Positions 40,884-51,748 of a DNA stretch of 64,000 nt are shown piece by piece. Numbering within the stretch: position 1 is the first letter of the stretch; every line of letters begins with the position of its first letter. Source of the stretch: Candidatus Cloacimonadales bacterium (GTDB lineage Bacteria > Cloacimonadota > Cloacimonadia > Cloacimonadales > JAIOQZ01); assembly GCA_963665815.1 (NCBI GenBank), contig OY762463.1, positions 960,001 through 1,024,000 on the forward strand, in the 5' to 3' direction. A program made the position numbers and the translations under genes. A model generated the notes under the pieces. That model was not told where the DNA came from, made no database searches, and worked only from the letters and a program-made list of their open reading frames with translations.

Positions 40884-41216
40884 TTAGTGATCACAAAGAT
40901 TTTCGCCTGATTTAAGATTTCCTGCCAGATACATGTCTACAAGCTCTTTAAGGCTTTCAGTTCTGCATCCGATAATTACTTTAACATTGTTTTGTGCAAA
41001 CAGACCTTGAGCCCTGCTTCCCATTCCACCTGCAATAATCAGATTACATCCGTTTTCAGCGAGGAATCTTGGAAATGTTCCCGGTTCATGTGGTGGTGGG
41101 ACAAGTTCAGTCTCGTTTACTATCTTGTTATCTTCAACTTCAAATACTCTGAATACCTGACAATGTCCGAAATGTGGACTTAACACACCATTTGTTGTTG
41201 GAATGGCTATCTTCAT
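40884..41216 (-). CDS. NifB/NifX family protein
   Basis: MKIAIP, HFGHC, PPPHEPG, IAGGMG, NLCDH. Confidence 0.92.
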   Translation of the reverse strand: MKIAIPTTNGVLSPHFGHCQVFRVFEVEDNKIVNETELVPPPHEPGTFPRFLAENGCNLIIAGGMGSRAQGLFAQNNVKVIIGCRTESLKELVDMYLAGNLKSGENLCDH

Positions 41217-41302
41217 AGTCTTTTCTCCTCTATGCTTTTCTTTACTTTTTGTAAGTTCACTTGAAATTGCACGAAAAAACTATGTAAACACTCTTTTATA
41301 AG

Positions 41303-41752
41303 CTATTTTTCCTGTAACTTTCTTCTACAGCATGGACCATGACCATATTGAGCAGCAATACTTTCAAGGTTATCTGATCCGCATTTAGGACATTCATCTG
41401 CGTCATTTTCGAATGATTCGATAAACTTCAATCCGCAGTCTTTGCATATCAGTAAATCTTCCTTAAAGTGTACAAGACCACCATCAATATGAAGCTTCTT
41501 TTTTTCCAGAAGGAAAGATGATACTTTCTTATGGGCTTTTTGTATTACTCTGGTAAAAGTAGGCCTGGAAATATCCATCTTAACAGCAGCCTCTGCATGT
41601 TCAAGTTCTTCATAATCTGCAAGTCTTATTGCTTCGAACTCATCTATTGTCAGATTGATTTCCTCAAGATTTCTTGCAGGTACTCCAATAGGTTTAAAAC
41701 TCCGTTGAACAGGTGGCAATTCCACCATTCTGCATTTTCTTGATCTTCTCAT
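41303..41752 (-). CDS. DUF134 DNA-binding protein with Zn ribbon
   Basis: FKP.GVP, DEFEAIRLAD, AA..M.ISRPTF, CKDC...CPKC. Confidence 0.92.
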   Translation of the reverse strand: MRRSRKCRMVELPPVQRSFKPIGVPARNLEEINLTIDEFEAIRLADYEELEHAEAAVKMDISRPTFTRVIQKAHKKVSSFLLEKKKLHIDGGLVHFKEDLLICKDCGLKFIESFENDADECPKCGSDNLESIAAQYGHGPCCRRKLQEK

Positions 41753-42182
41753 ACAATCTCCTCTATGAACTTATTTTCATCGAAATAAGTTGGTTATTTT
41801 TGTCAATCATTATTTCTCAATTTTATATATTATAAGTTAAATGACAAGTATTAATTGTACTTATGTAATTCACTGAACTTAATTTCTGTTATCATCAATA
41901 CTTTTCAAGTTCACATATTATCCAGCTCTAATTTTAAAGAAACTATAGTAAAATTACTCATAGGCAGGAAAACTGTTTAATAAAGCCAGTTCTTTGCACA
42001 AACTAAGATAAAATTATTGTTAATAACCCTTCAAAAATTGCACAAGAAACTCTTCACAGTTTATGTTTAACACACTAACTATTCTGTTGGAAAAATGTGA
42101 CACATATTCATTATCAGTAAGTAAGTTCTTGACTTAAAACAAAGTTTCATGTAAAAATGTTGGAAAAATTCAGGAGATACTG

Positions 42183-45100
42183 ATGAAATATTACTTAACT
42201 CTATTTTTTCTTATTACATGCTTATCTGTTTTTGCAATTTCCTCTACAACTTCAGGGGGAAACTGGGCTGATACCTTAACCTGGGTTGGACACCAGATAC
42301 CCGGAGTGAATGATAATGTTACAATTAATGGACCTGTTCACATAACAGATACAAAAACGGTCGCCTCTCTTTTTATCAGTTCAGGGGGGGGAATAAGAAA
42401 CGGTTCAGGCTATTATGGTGCTATCAAAGTTATGGGTAGCTTCACAAACAATGGATATATTGAAAATCACCCTACAAACTATTCTCTGTCTTTATACACT
42501 TATGGAGATGTGACTAACAACGGGACTTTCAACATCAGCACACATTATATTGAGGGAACAGGATCAAGGAAGTACTATTGTAGTTCATCTCACCCATTAC
42601 AAACATCCTCTGAACATAGAGTTAATGCAATTGTTGACACGATTTTTGCTGAATCAGATTTGTATTTTGCCAGCGGAAAGATAACCGGAGTAAACGGAAA
42701 CGCAGAAATTATGCTTACCAGTCCCACATATGGGACATATAATAATTTACATCTGGATGGAACAAACTTACAAAACACAACTATTTATGGAGCATCTACA
42801 AATAGTATTTATATTACTGTAAATGAAATGTCCTCAGCCATAATTCATGATGTAAATATCTATGGTGAAATTAATATGGTTAACTCTGAATTCCATAATA
42901 TTGTAAATTATGGTACTGTGCATAATAAATCATCGTACTACTATAGTGTTAACATATATGGAAACCTTACTAACTATGGTACTTTCAGGAATAATCCCGG
43001 TGGATACACACTTACAATTAACAACTACGGAAACTTTTATAACTATGGCACAGTCACACCGGGAAGATTTGATTTCTTTGGAGATACTGCACAAACAATT
43101 GATTTTGACAGTGGACACCCAATGAGTGCAGCAACTGTAATAGATCAGGTTGCTTCATCCCCTATTATATCTAACAATGATCTGTACTTTGAGAACAATT
43201 CATATATAGATTTTAACTATGCTCAGTTGGATATTACTGATCCGAATGCTGACCTTTATTTAATTAATTCCGAGTTCAGAGATGCTGACATTCAATCAAC
43301 AATATCAACAGAAATTCATTCCGATGATAACTCAAAACTATACAATTCAGCTTTTACTTCAGCGACTCTCTATGGAGTTCTCAATTTTAACTCACTGACT
43401 CATTTCAATGGAGACATAATTAATAATGGTATTATCCAAAATAAGGACTATTCTTATGATCTTCACTTCCATGGAGATCTGGATAACAACGGCGTTATCA
43501 GGGATAATCCCAATGGTTATGTTCTTACAACATACTTATATGGAAACATTATAAATAGTGGAGAGATTATAAACTACAAGATTTATACAACCGGTACTGA
43601 TACTCAGGATATTACATCATCACTAAACAGTTTATGGAGTACAAATTACTTCTACGATAATGTAGATTCTTCAGCAGTTGTTTTGCAAAGTGATCTATTT
43701 CTTGATCATACTATTACTGACTTGAACTATTCTGATATTGATTTAAACGGTTATAAACTCACATGTAATGGCGGTCAATTGAGAGACCTTCAGATTATTG
43801 GTGGAAATGGTTCGACTTTGCGGATGGATTCTTTAGCTTACGTTCAAACTATGACTGCTGATGATCTTATAACCGAAGGAACAACACTTATTGCCAGTTC
43901 TGTCACAATAGATAACCTGGTCAACAATGGTTTACTATACAATTATAACGGCAATTCTTATACTTTTGTCGTGAATGATGAAATTGTTAATAATGGAACT
44001 ATTGGAACAAATCCTGCCGGCTATACTCTGACAGTTGATCATCATGGTGATCTCAGTAACTATGGTGTATTCAATCCCTACACTTATAATCTTCGCGGAG
44101 CAACTGATCAGGAGATTTTTTCAGATATCGGAACTATTCTTGAGCCGGATTATGTCCATGACAGAGTCTCAACATCAGCAGTAATTATGAACTCAGATTT
44201 AATTTTTGATAATACTTATATTGATTTAAATTATGCTGAACTTGATATGAGTAACTCAGGAGGAAGCGGCTTCACATTGTCATTAATGAATGGATATTGC
44301 AGGGAAATAAATATTGATGGAAATACCGGAGCAACGATATTATCTGACGGAACCGGATACTTCCTTAATATGACGGCCGATACCCTTATTACCGACGGCA
44401 CAATAGAATTCAGCTCAGGTGTTTCTGTTGATAAACTTACTAACAACGGAATATTGCAGAATCAAGGCAGTAACACACAAGAATTTATAGTACATGATGA
44501 ACTGATAAATAATGGGACAATAAGAACAAATCCACAAGGTTATCTTTTCAATATCAGTTTAAGAGGCAACCTGACTAACCATGGAGTAATGGATTTATAT
44601 CAGCTATACCTTAACAGTGCAACTGATCAACATATCTTTGATGATGGTTCAATTGCTGCAGATTACATTACAGATCAGAATGGAGCGTCTAAAGTCATTC
44701 TGGACAGCGATGTAACACTAACAGGTACATACATAGATCTTAACTGGAACGAGCTCGTTTTAGTATCATCTCTGGATAACAATCCGGTTAATCTTACCCT
44801 GGATGGCAATTACATGAAGGAAGCTGTGATAAACGGTACTACAGGCTCTTCATTGACATGTCTCAATGGTAACTATATATACTCTGTTAACGCTGATACT
44901 CTCGATTTTACAGGTAATACTCTTATCCATTCCAGTGTTACAATAGGAGAGCTGATAAACCACGGAACATTTACAAGTGGAACTAACGGAGGTTATACTC
45001 TGGAAGTTGATGGAAATATTACAAATTATGGAACTATGTCGAATTCTACTAATGGTCATCCATTAACAGTAAACCTGGATGGTAATATCTACAACGAAGG

Positions 45101-46073
45101 TGTAATGGATTTCTATGCTCTCAACCTTAATGGAGATGATCAGCATTTTGATTTCAATACTGATAACAATGATATCACTCTCAACTATCTGACGAAAAAT
45201 GGAACGGGAAATGTTTATTTCGACAGTAATCTTTTTGTTAACGGAGCAGTAACCGATTTCAACAACCATGATATTCATCTATATAATGGAACTGCTCCAA
45301 AACTGTATAAGCTTTCAGGCGGCTACTTTAAGGAAACAACAGTCAGGACTATCGATGGTTCTTCTGTAGAGATGGAGAATAATGCTTACGCCACAACCGT
45401 AACATTCGAGGATATAGATTTATACGGCACAGTTGAAGTCAGATCAGGAGTGACATTCAATAAAGTTGATAATCATGGAACACTAGGCGCGTATTATGCT
45501 GAACTGATTGTAAACGGTCCAATGATGAATTATGGAGTTATTGATCATCCTTCATATTCTTTTAATGCGAAATTCTATAGTGATTTTATTAATCTTGGCA
45601 GCATTCATATCTATCAACTTGAGTTCAGAGGTACTGATGATGTTCATATAAATTTTGATGGAGTTCAGGATGTTTATTCTACATCAATATACTCAGGAAT
45701 AGGAAATGTTCAATGGAATAATGACAATGCCTATACCGGTTTGTATGATGATGTTTTAGTGATTTATCCGAATAATCCTTCTTATGCAGGTTACTATCAG
45801 GCAGGTACAGGAAGAAAATTTTATATTACAATGGATCTAATGGAAACAAGTGTACAGAATGTACAGATAACTGCTGATAATGGCAATGTGCAGTTAATCT
45901 GGGATGAGATCCCCGGTGTTCTGACATATAACATATACGAAACCAATTCAGAAGGAACGGTCACTAATCCTGTTCATTCAGTTGATGATGATAACATTGG
46001 CAACGGTACAGTCACAACCCAGTTCACTGATTCAGATGAGAGGAAATTCTATCTTGTGAAAGCTGAGAACTAA
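42183..46073 (+). CDS. Large secreted Asn/Gly-rich beta-solenoid repeat protein
   Basis: Signal peptide, GGNW...TW.G..PG N-terminus, repeats of L.N.G...NP.GY.L...GN..N.G, C-terminal domain ending RKFYLVK. Confidence 0.85.
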   Translation: MKYYLTLFFLITCLSVFAISSTTSGGNWADTLTWVGHQIPGVNDNVTINGPVHITDTKTVASLFISSGGGIRNGSGYYGAIKVMGSFTNNGYIENHPTNYSLSLYTYGDVTNNGTFNISTHYIEGTGSRKYYCSSSHPLQTSSEHRVNAIVDTIFAESDLYFASGKITGVNGNAEIMLTSPTYGTYNNLHLDGTNLQNTTIYGASTNSIYITVNEMSSAIIHDVNIYGEINMVNSEFHNIVNYGTVHNKSSYYYSVNIYGNLTNYGTFRNNPGGYTLTINNYGNFYNYGTVTPGRFDFFGDTAQTIDFDSGHPMSAATVIDQVASSPIISNNDLYFENNSYIDFNYAQLDITDPNADLYLINSEFRDADIQSTISTEIHSDDNSKLYNSAFTSATLYGVLNFNSLTHFNGDIINNGIIQNKDYSYDLHFHGDLDNNGVIRDNPNGYVLTTYLYGNIINSGEIINYKIYTTGTDTQDITSSLNSLWSTNYFYDNVDSSAVVLQSDLFLDHTITDLNYSDIDLNGYKLTCNGGQLRDLQIIGGNGSTLRMDSLAYVQTMTADDLITEGTTLIASSVTIDNLVNNGLLYNYNGNSYTFVVNDEIVNNGTIGTNPAGYTLTVDHHGDLSNYGVFNPYTYNLRGATDQEIFSDIGTILEPDYVHDRVSTSAVIMNSDLIFDNTYIDLNYAELDMSNSGGSGFTLSLMNGYCREINIDGNTGATILSDGTGYFLNMTADTLITDGTIEFSSGVSVDKLTNNGILQNQGSNTQEFIVHDELINNGTIRTNPQGYLFNISLRGNLTNHGVMDLYQLYLNSATDQHIFDDGSIAADYITDQNGASKVILDSDVTLTGTYIDLNWNELVLVSSLDNNPVNLTLDGNYMKEAVINGTTGSSLTCLNGNYIYSVNADTLDFTGNTLIHSSVTIGELINHGTFTSGTNGGYTLEVDGNITNYGTMSNSTNGHPLTVNLDGNIYNEGVMDFYALNLNGDDQHFDFNTDNNDITLNYLTKNGTGNVYFDSNLFVNGAVTDFNNHDIHLYNGTAPKLYKLSGGYFKETTVRTIDGSSVEMENNAYATTVTFEDIDLYGTVEVRSGVTFNKVDNHGTLGAYYAELIVNGPMMNYGVIDHPSYSFNAKFYSDFINLGSIHIYQLEFRGTDDVHINFDGVQDVYSTSIYSGIGNVQWNNDNAYTGLYDDVLVIYPNNPSYAGYYQAGTGRKFYITMDLMETSVQNVQITADNGNVQLIWDEIPGVLTYNIYETNSEGTVTNPVHSVDDDNIGNGTVTTQFTDSDERKFYLVKAEN

Positions 46074-46096
46074 CAACTGATAAATTCCTAAATTTT

Positions 46097-46130
46097 TAAC
46101 AGGCATTGTTTTAAGCGATGCCTGTTTTTA
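46097..46130 (+). terminator. Intrinsic terminator
   Basis: AACAGGCATTG...CGATGCCTGTT followed by a T-run. Confidence 0.85.
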
Positions 46131-46194
46131 TATTAAAAGTCCCTGAAAATTCTTGTGACACAGAATAAATGGAAGAGGGTAGGTGACCTTTCCC

Positions 46195-46497
46195 CTAAAA
46201 TTGTACCATTCTGAAGTTTAGTAAATTTAGGTTATCTTTTGCTATCCAGTTTTGCAGGTTGTCTACACATACATCCGAGATATCGTAAGAATAAACATTC
46301 TAACCTAACTTGGAGAAGACTACACTCCAATGACCTCCACCAAAACCAAAATCCAGGATGTTTACAATGTTCCATTGTTTCAACTTATCTGTGAAGCTGC
46401 TCCAATCCTTTTTTGAAAGCATCTCGAAATCCATCTGAGAATTCTCAAATACTGTATTCCAGCAGTTTTTGCTGATTCCAGTCAAATCCAGACTCAT
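46195..46497 (-). pseudogene. N-terminal fragment of a class I SAM methyltransferase with internal TAG
   Basis: ILDFGFGGGHWS...LG*NVYSYDIS...; motif I and the following acidic motif span the stop codon. Confidence 0.7.
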
Positions 46498-46632
46498 GAG
46501 TGTCTACCCCATATCATGCAATAATTTATTGTCACTAAATAGGGACTATTATGTATGATTTCATTTTCACAAGTCAAGAGATATAGATCAGCAATAAAGA
46601 TTTTTTCAGAATCTTGCAGAAATAGTAAGAGT

Positions 46633-47502
46633 CTATGAACTTGATAAAATGTTCATGGTTAACAGCAATTCTCTCAATATCTTGGCTGCGAAAATTGTGG
46701 AGACTTTGGTAGTGTCAATCTCCGGAGCTAATTCTACAACATCTGCTCCAATGATATTGACTTTTCTCTCAATCAATTTATCTAACAAATCCAGAAAATC
46801 ATTATATCTTTTTCCACCGGGTTCCGGAGTACCTGTTCCTGAAAAATATCCGGGATCAAAGAAATCTACATCTATAGTCAGATATACATTTTCCCCTTCC
46901 TTAATAATATCGTCTAATTCGGCAACATCATCTACAGGGTAAATTCTGTTATCATGCTTTCGCAGTAGGTATTCCTCTCTCGTCCCGGAACGTATCCCCC
47001 ATTGTATAAGCTTATTCAAACCTGAATCCAGACAAAGTTTCATCACTGAGGCATGGCTCAGGGAATCACCGGCATAAGCATCTCGCAGATCAGCATGAGC
47101 ATCCAACTGAATGACTGTGATATTCTCATATTTTTCTTTGTGGGACAAATAGACTGGATAAGTAATAAGATGTTCACCACCAACCACCAACACACGCTTA
47201 TCAAACTCAAGAATTGCTGAAATCTCATTTCTTACGGTTTCAACCATTAATGCGGGATTTCCAACCATAACCGGAAGATCACCGATATCCGAAAACCGTA
47301 CATCTTCCAGTCCAAGTCCGAAGTGAAAAGAAAAATCTTCTATACCTTCCCAGGCATAGTTACGGATTTCTCTCATGGCAAAACGGGAACCTGATCTAAA
47401 TGATGAAGTGCAATCATAAGGCAATCCAAGTAAAATTATATCTGATTCATTAAAATTATCTTTTGATCCTATAAATCTGGCAATTTCAGTTCTGTGATTC
47501 AT
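46633..47502 (-). CDS. speB: Agmatinase
   Basis: GGEH, DAHAD, SHAS, TIDVDFFDP, GTGTPEPGG, DVVELAP. Confidence 0.95.
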   Translation of the reverse strand: MNHRTEIARFIGSKDNFNESDIILLGLPYDCTSSFRSGSRFAMREIRNYAWEGIEDFSFHFGLGLEDVRFSDIGDLPVMVGNPALMVETVRNEISAILEFDKRVLVVGGEHLITYPVYLSHKEKYENITVIQLDAHADLRDAYAGDSLSHASVMKLCLDSGLNKLIQWGIRSGTREEYLLRKHDNRIYPVDDVAELDDIIKEGENVYLTIDVDFFDPGYFSGTGTPEPGGKRYNDFLDLLDKLIERKVNIIGADVVELAPEIDTTKVSTIFAAKILRELLLTMNILSSS

Positions 47503-48338
47503 TATTCTGTTCCTGTAATTCTTTTTAGGAAATTAGGAATGGCAAAGCATCCCGAATGTAGATCTTCATTATAATATCTGCATGATTCTGAGATAAGAAC
47601 TGCTCGCTCTGCATCGAAATCCATTGGATCATGAACATTCGACATGTATGCAAAAGTCCAGAAACCGGATGGATATAGCGGAATAAAAGCTGAATATGAT
47701 TTTGTTATATCGAAGACTGAAGAGATCTCTTTGTAGTGATCTTTCATCACATCTTCATAATACCAGGGGGACTCAGATTGAGAAACAGCAATTCCGTCTG
47801 GTTTCAGCGCTTTTCTGATCAGCTCAAAATACTTTCTTTTGAACAGTTCCACACCAGGTCCGATTGGATCACTTGAGTCAGTCAGGATTACATCAAAATA
47901 GTTTTCATACTGATCCAGATATTTGAATCCATCTTCGAAAACTACTTTTACTCTGTCATCAACAAGACTACCTGAAACAGAGGGTATTAAATCTTTACAA
48001 GCTTTCACGACTAATTCATCTATTTCGCATAATACGACTTCCTTGACACTGTTATACTTCAGAGTTTCACGAACTGCACCACCATCTCCACCGCCGATAA
48101 TTAATACTCTTTCAGGATTTGGATGTGAACACATTGGCACATGGACTATCATTTCATGATATACAAACTCATCTTTTTCGGAAAGCATAACAAGACCATC
48201 CAGGGTCAGAAGTTTACCAAAAAACTCTGTTTCATATATTTCGACTAATTGAAATTTACTTTGTTCTTCAAAAACTTTTTCTTTAACCTTAATTCCCAAT
48301 GACGCTCTATTATCATAATTCTCGATGAACCACATCAT
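47502..48338 (-). CDS. speE: Polyamine aminopropyltransferase
   Basis: LDG, DEFVYHEM, VLIIGGGDGG, DSSDP; start set at the ATG after GGAG. Confidence 0.95.
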   Translation of the reverse strand: MMWFIENYDNRASLGIKVKEKVFEEQSKFQLVEIYETEFFGKLLTLDGLVMLSEKDEFVYHEMIVHVPMCSHPNPERVLIIGGGDGGAVRETLKYNSVKEVVLCEIDELVVKACKDLIPSVSGSLVDDRVKVVFEDGFKYLDQYENYFDVILTDSSDPIGPGVELFKRKYFELIRKALKPDGIAVSQSESPWYYEDVMKDHYKEISSVFDITKSYSAFIPLYPSGFWTFAYMSNVHDPMDFDAERAVLISESCRYYNEDLHSGCFAIPNFLKRITGTE

Positions 48339-48828
48339 ATTCTCCGGCAACTTCTTTGTAGTTTAAGACTACTCCAGCAAAAACTGTCGCACATTCCTTT
48401 ACTGTAGTTTCAATACCTTCACTTCTTACAGAATACTCATCAATCCCTCTCATTGCCATAGCTTCTGAAGCCATTCTTCTTACTCTTGCCTCAACATATT
48501 CCAATGGTTGTGAATTAGAATATTCCATAATTACGCCATTTAAGTCTCTGTTATCAGGAATAGCAATAGCTACGGCAGCGCTTATGACTTCGTTTTTGGT
48601 TTCCGAGCTTTTTGCAGCATAGGCAATTGGAATAAATGACCCGGGAGTTAAATCTAAAGGTGAAACTTCTCTGCATTGAGGAGGAAGAATGCTGCTTAAT
48701 TTAATAAGATTTGTGTTACCAATACCTGATGCTAATAAAGCTCCATCGAAAGAAGTTAACTGGGAATTGCCTTCACTGGAACCTGAGCATATAAAAAATA
48801 TATCCGGATTTTTATCAAAAAGAAACAT
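48313..48828 (-). CDS. pdaD: Pyruvoyl-dependent arginine decarboxylase
   Basis: SFD.AL..SGIGN.NLIKLSSILPP self-cleavage motif, G..MEY. Confidence 0.9.
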   Translation of the reverse strand: MFLFDKNPDIFFICSGSSEGNSQLTSFDGALLASGIGNTNLIKLSSILPPQCREVSPLDLTPGSFIPIAYAAKSSETKNEVISAAVAIAIPDNRDLNGVIMEYSNSQPLEYVEARVRRMASEAMAMRGIDEYSVRSEGIETTVKECATVFAGVVLNYKEVAGEYDVVHREL

Positions 48829-48841
48829 TGTATATTACCTC

Positions 48842-49222
48842 TTACTTATTCTTTTTCTTAGTCGATTTGACTTCACTTAATATTCCTCGATCCAGTTCTT
48901 TAACAACTTCTTTATCGGCATGGAATATGTCTTTTAACATCTTAAAAGCCAGCATAGGACTTACGTTATCTCCGCACGTAAAAAAGTCCATAGCTGCATA
49001 GCCCAATTCAGGCCAGGTATGAATTGTGAAATGTGATTCGGCAATTACTATTGCTCCACTCACCCCCTGAGGTGCAAATTTGTGGAAAACTATACCAACT
49101 ATTGTTGCTCCGCATTTTTCTGCAGCAACAACCATCGCTTCACGGATTCTTTCTTTGTCGTTAAGAATCTGCTCATCGCAACCATAAAGTTCGACTATAA
49201 GATGTCGACCAAGTTTTTTCAT
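48842..49222 (-). CDS. speD: S-adenosylmethionine decarboxylase proenzyme
   Basis: LGRH, F.PQGVSG, IAESH..IHTWPE, DFFTCG. Confidence 0.95.
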   Translation of the reverse strand: MKKLGRHLIVELYGCDEQILNDKERIREAMVVAAEKCGATIVGIVFHKFAPQGVSGAIVIAESHFTIHTWPELGYAAMDFFTCGDNVSPMLAFKMLKDIFHADKEVVKELDRGILSEVKSTKKKNK

Positions 49223-49761
49223 CGTTACTCCTTGATATTAATGACCATGAATAAAAAATCTTGTGCAGAACTTTTATCAGGTGAGACATAAATTTTCCAA
49301 GTGTATTTTTCTAACAAGAAATTTTGTTACAAACTTGCATAAACTTGGTTTCACCATGAAAACTATATAAGCTAAATCGTTATTTTACAAATATTTTCTG
49401 GAATTACTATTTTCGATTAAAATGTGGTCTTTTTATGCTGTAAATGAGGGTTCCAGAATGTTAGTTCTATTTTATTATCCGAAATTTTGGGAAGGATTTT
49501 ATTCTTAAGAGTTCTGTACAGACAGTTCAGAAGTAAAAATGATAATTTAAACTTATTCACAGGAAGTCTTCGTCATTTTAAGACTGAAATCACAGATTTT
49601 TTTTTTCGTAACTACCCCGAGAAACAAAAAATATACTTTTGCTTTAGCCAACCTATATATTTTTTTTAATGTATTAAGTTCCGATATCAACGAAGTTCAA
49701 TTATAAAAAAACATTTACAAGTTATCTTTTGAATGCTAATTATGCAAAAAGGAGAATGAAA

Positions 49762-50976
49762 ATGAGAAAACGAATTATCACTTTAGTTATGGTATGTATT
49801 TTTTCAGCAATGATTTTGCAGTCTTTATTTGCATCTGAAGGTGTTGTTTTTAATGAGAATTTTGATAACAACAACAATGAGTGGATTGTAGGAGATTATG
49901 ACAATTACAACACTAAAATTGAAAATGGGAAAATGATCTTTTCATACAAACTTGATAGAGAGACCGGCTATAACTGGCAAAAAACTAATTTGGATGGTGA
50001 TAAACCTTATACTATCGAAACATCTATTCAGCAAACAAGTGGAGTACAAAACTATGGACATGGAATAGTTTGGGGAATAAAAAATCTAGATAACTTTTTT
50101 TCATTCACAGTTACAAATAATGGATATTACCGTATTGCAAAAATGGAAAACAAAGTATTTAGCCCGTACTACACAGGATGGACAAAAACAAGTTTTTTGA
50201 AATCAGGAAAACCAAATAAACTGAAAATTGTAAATGATGGTGATCATATAAAGTTTTATATTAATGATAATTTTCAAAATGAAATTAAAGCAACAGAAGT
50301 GTTTGGAGGTGGTGTAGGATATATGATTTCACGAAAACATGCAATTGAAATTGATTACTTGACCGTCAATGGAGAAACAACTGATGAACCTGTAATGTTC
50401 TCAATGAAAGAAGAGTTTGATAATAATGACAACAAATGGTTAACAAGAGATGATGAATCTGTTACATTGAGTGTTAAAGATGGAAATTATGTGTTGCAAA
50501 ATAAAACTGAAGATAAAGGCTTTTTTACCTGGAGTAATTTTAAAGTCTCTGAGAACAAGCCATTTACAATAGAAACAACCATAAAACATCAAAATAGTGA
50601 ATCAGTTTTTGCTTATGGACTTATCTGGGGAATTAGCGATGTGGCAAATTTATATACATTTAATATTTCAAACAACGGATATTACAGAGTTGGCAGAATC
50701 AAAGACAATGTTTGGCATGGATATTTCGATTGGACTGAATCAAAACATATATACAAAAATGGGAAAAGTAACAAACTTACAATTAAGAAGGTAGATAATA
50801 AACTCAAGTTTTATATTAATGATAATTTTGTTAACCAGATTAATTTTGAAAACTTCTTTGATAGAGGTTTCGGTTTTGCATTTTGGAATAAACAAAAAAT
50901 AGAAGTTGAAAACATGGTAATTAGAGGAAAAGAAAAAATGTCTGTTTATGATGACATTATGGAAATGTTTCAATAA
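49762..50976 (+). CDS. Secreted protein with two tandem ConA/DUF1080-like beta-sandwich domains
   Basis: Signal peptide; internal duplication E.FDNN.N.W...G..WG...NGYYR...NKL.I...KFYIND. Confidence 0.75.
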   Translation: MRKRIITLVMVCIFSAMILQSLFASEGVVFNENFDNNNNEWIVGDYDNYNTKIENGKMIFSYKLDRETGYNWQKTNLDGDKPYTIETSIQQTSGVQNYGHGIVWGIKNLDNFFSFTVTNNGYYRIAKMENKVFSPYYTGWTKTSFLKSGKPNKLKIVNDGDHIKFYINDNFQNEIKATEVFGGGVGYMISRKHAIEIDYLTVNGETTDEPVMFSMKEEFDNNDNKWLTRDDESVTLSVKDGNYVLQNKTEDKGFFTWSNFKVSENKPFTIETTIKHQNSESVFAYGLIWGISDVANLYTFNISNNGYYRVGRIKDNVWHGYFDWTESKHIYKNGKSNKLTIKKVDNKLKFYINDNFVNQINFENFFDRGFGFAFWNKQKIEVENMVIRGKEKMSVYDDIMEMFQ

Positions 50977-51165
50977 TATTTGAAATATGAGGTTTACACT
51001 GTCCCTATTGTCAAGACCATATTTACTCATTCGAAGCCTATCACCTTTAATGAATTTAGCTGAACTCAGTAGGCTTGCATATCTTAGTATATCTATAAGT
51101 TAAGTTGGTTGAATTCCCTGGAAGTAGAAGTTCAAGAAATGGAGTTATTGCAGTAGAAGCATAAC

Positions 51166-51489
51166 TCACTTCATTAGCCACAAAGATCTTCTTCCTCTTT
51201 TTGATACGTTGAAAGAAGATATTTCAAAATCTTCAAATAGTTCTTTGATTTCATCATTCTTGTAGTATTTACAGATTAGTCCTTTGTTTGAACCCTCAGT
51301 AAACAGCTTTAAACCATTTTCAAGTTCTTCGAATGAATCCAAATCTGTATCATCAGAATCAAAAGATAGAAACACTACTCCGTTATCATTAAGCTTGTGA
51401 TAAAACATATTAATTGTTCTGTCTAACACTTGTTTTGGTAAGTGGTCAAGCACTGAGTTGCAAAAAATTAAATCAAACTCATGAGTCAT
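51166..51489 (-). pseudogene. C-terminal fragment of a class I SAM methyltransferase
   Basis: FDLIFCNSVLDHL...L..NG..FLSFD...Y..DEI..LF; motif I absent. Confidence 0.7.
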
Positions 51490-51748
51490 ACTCCAAGTTT
51501 GTCGTAATTTGAACTAGTAAGAATAGTATATTATATATGTTTTTACTTTCATAGGCCAAGAGATATTCTACAATAAGCAAAAACATTCAATCGTGAAAAC
51601 ACTCTCTTTTCAAAACCCAATCGCATTCATTCAAATCAGGCTTTTGAATAGCTACAGGGATTTTCCTTTCAGCAGTCTCAAAAAAGTCTCTCAATTATAT
51701 GCTTCATCTTAGAGTTCTCTTGCACATTAAAGGGATGTCATTAAGACA

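Noticed and set aside
38746-41752. Nitrogen fixation cluster
   Set aside because: This NifX-like/ATPase/DUF134 operon is common in non-diazotrophic anaerobes, and no nifHDK is present.
46300-46302. In-frame TAG as pyrrolysine or recoded stop
   Set aside because: TAG ends many normal genes here (for example the MCP) and the gene is truncated anyway; a simple Tyr-to-stop mutation explains it.
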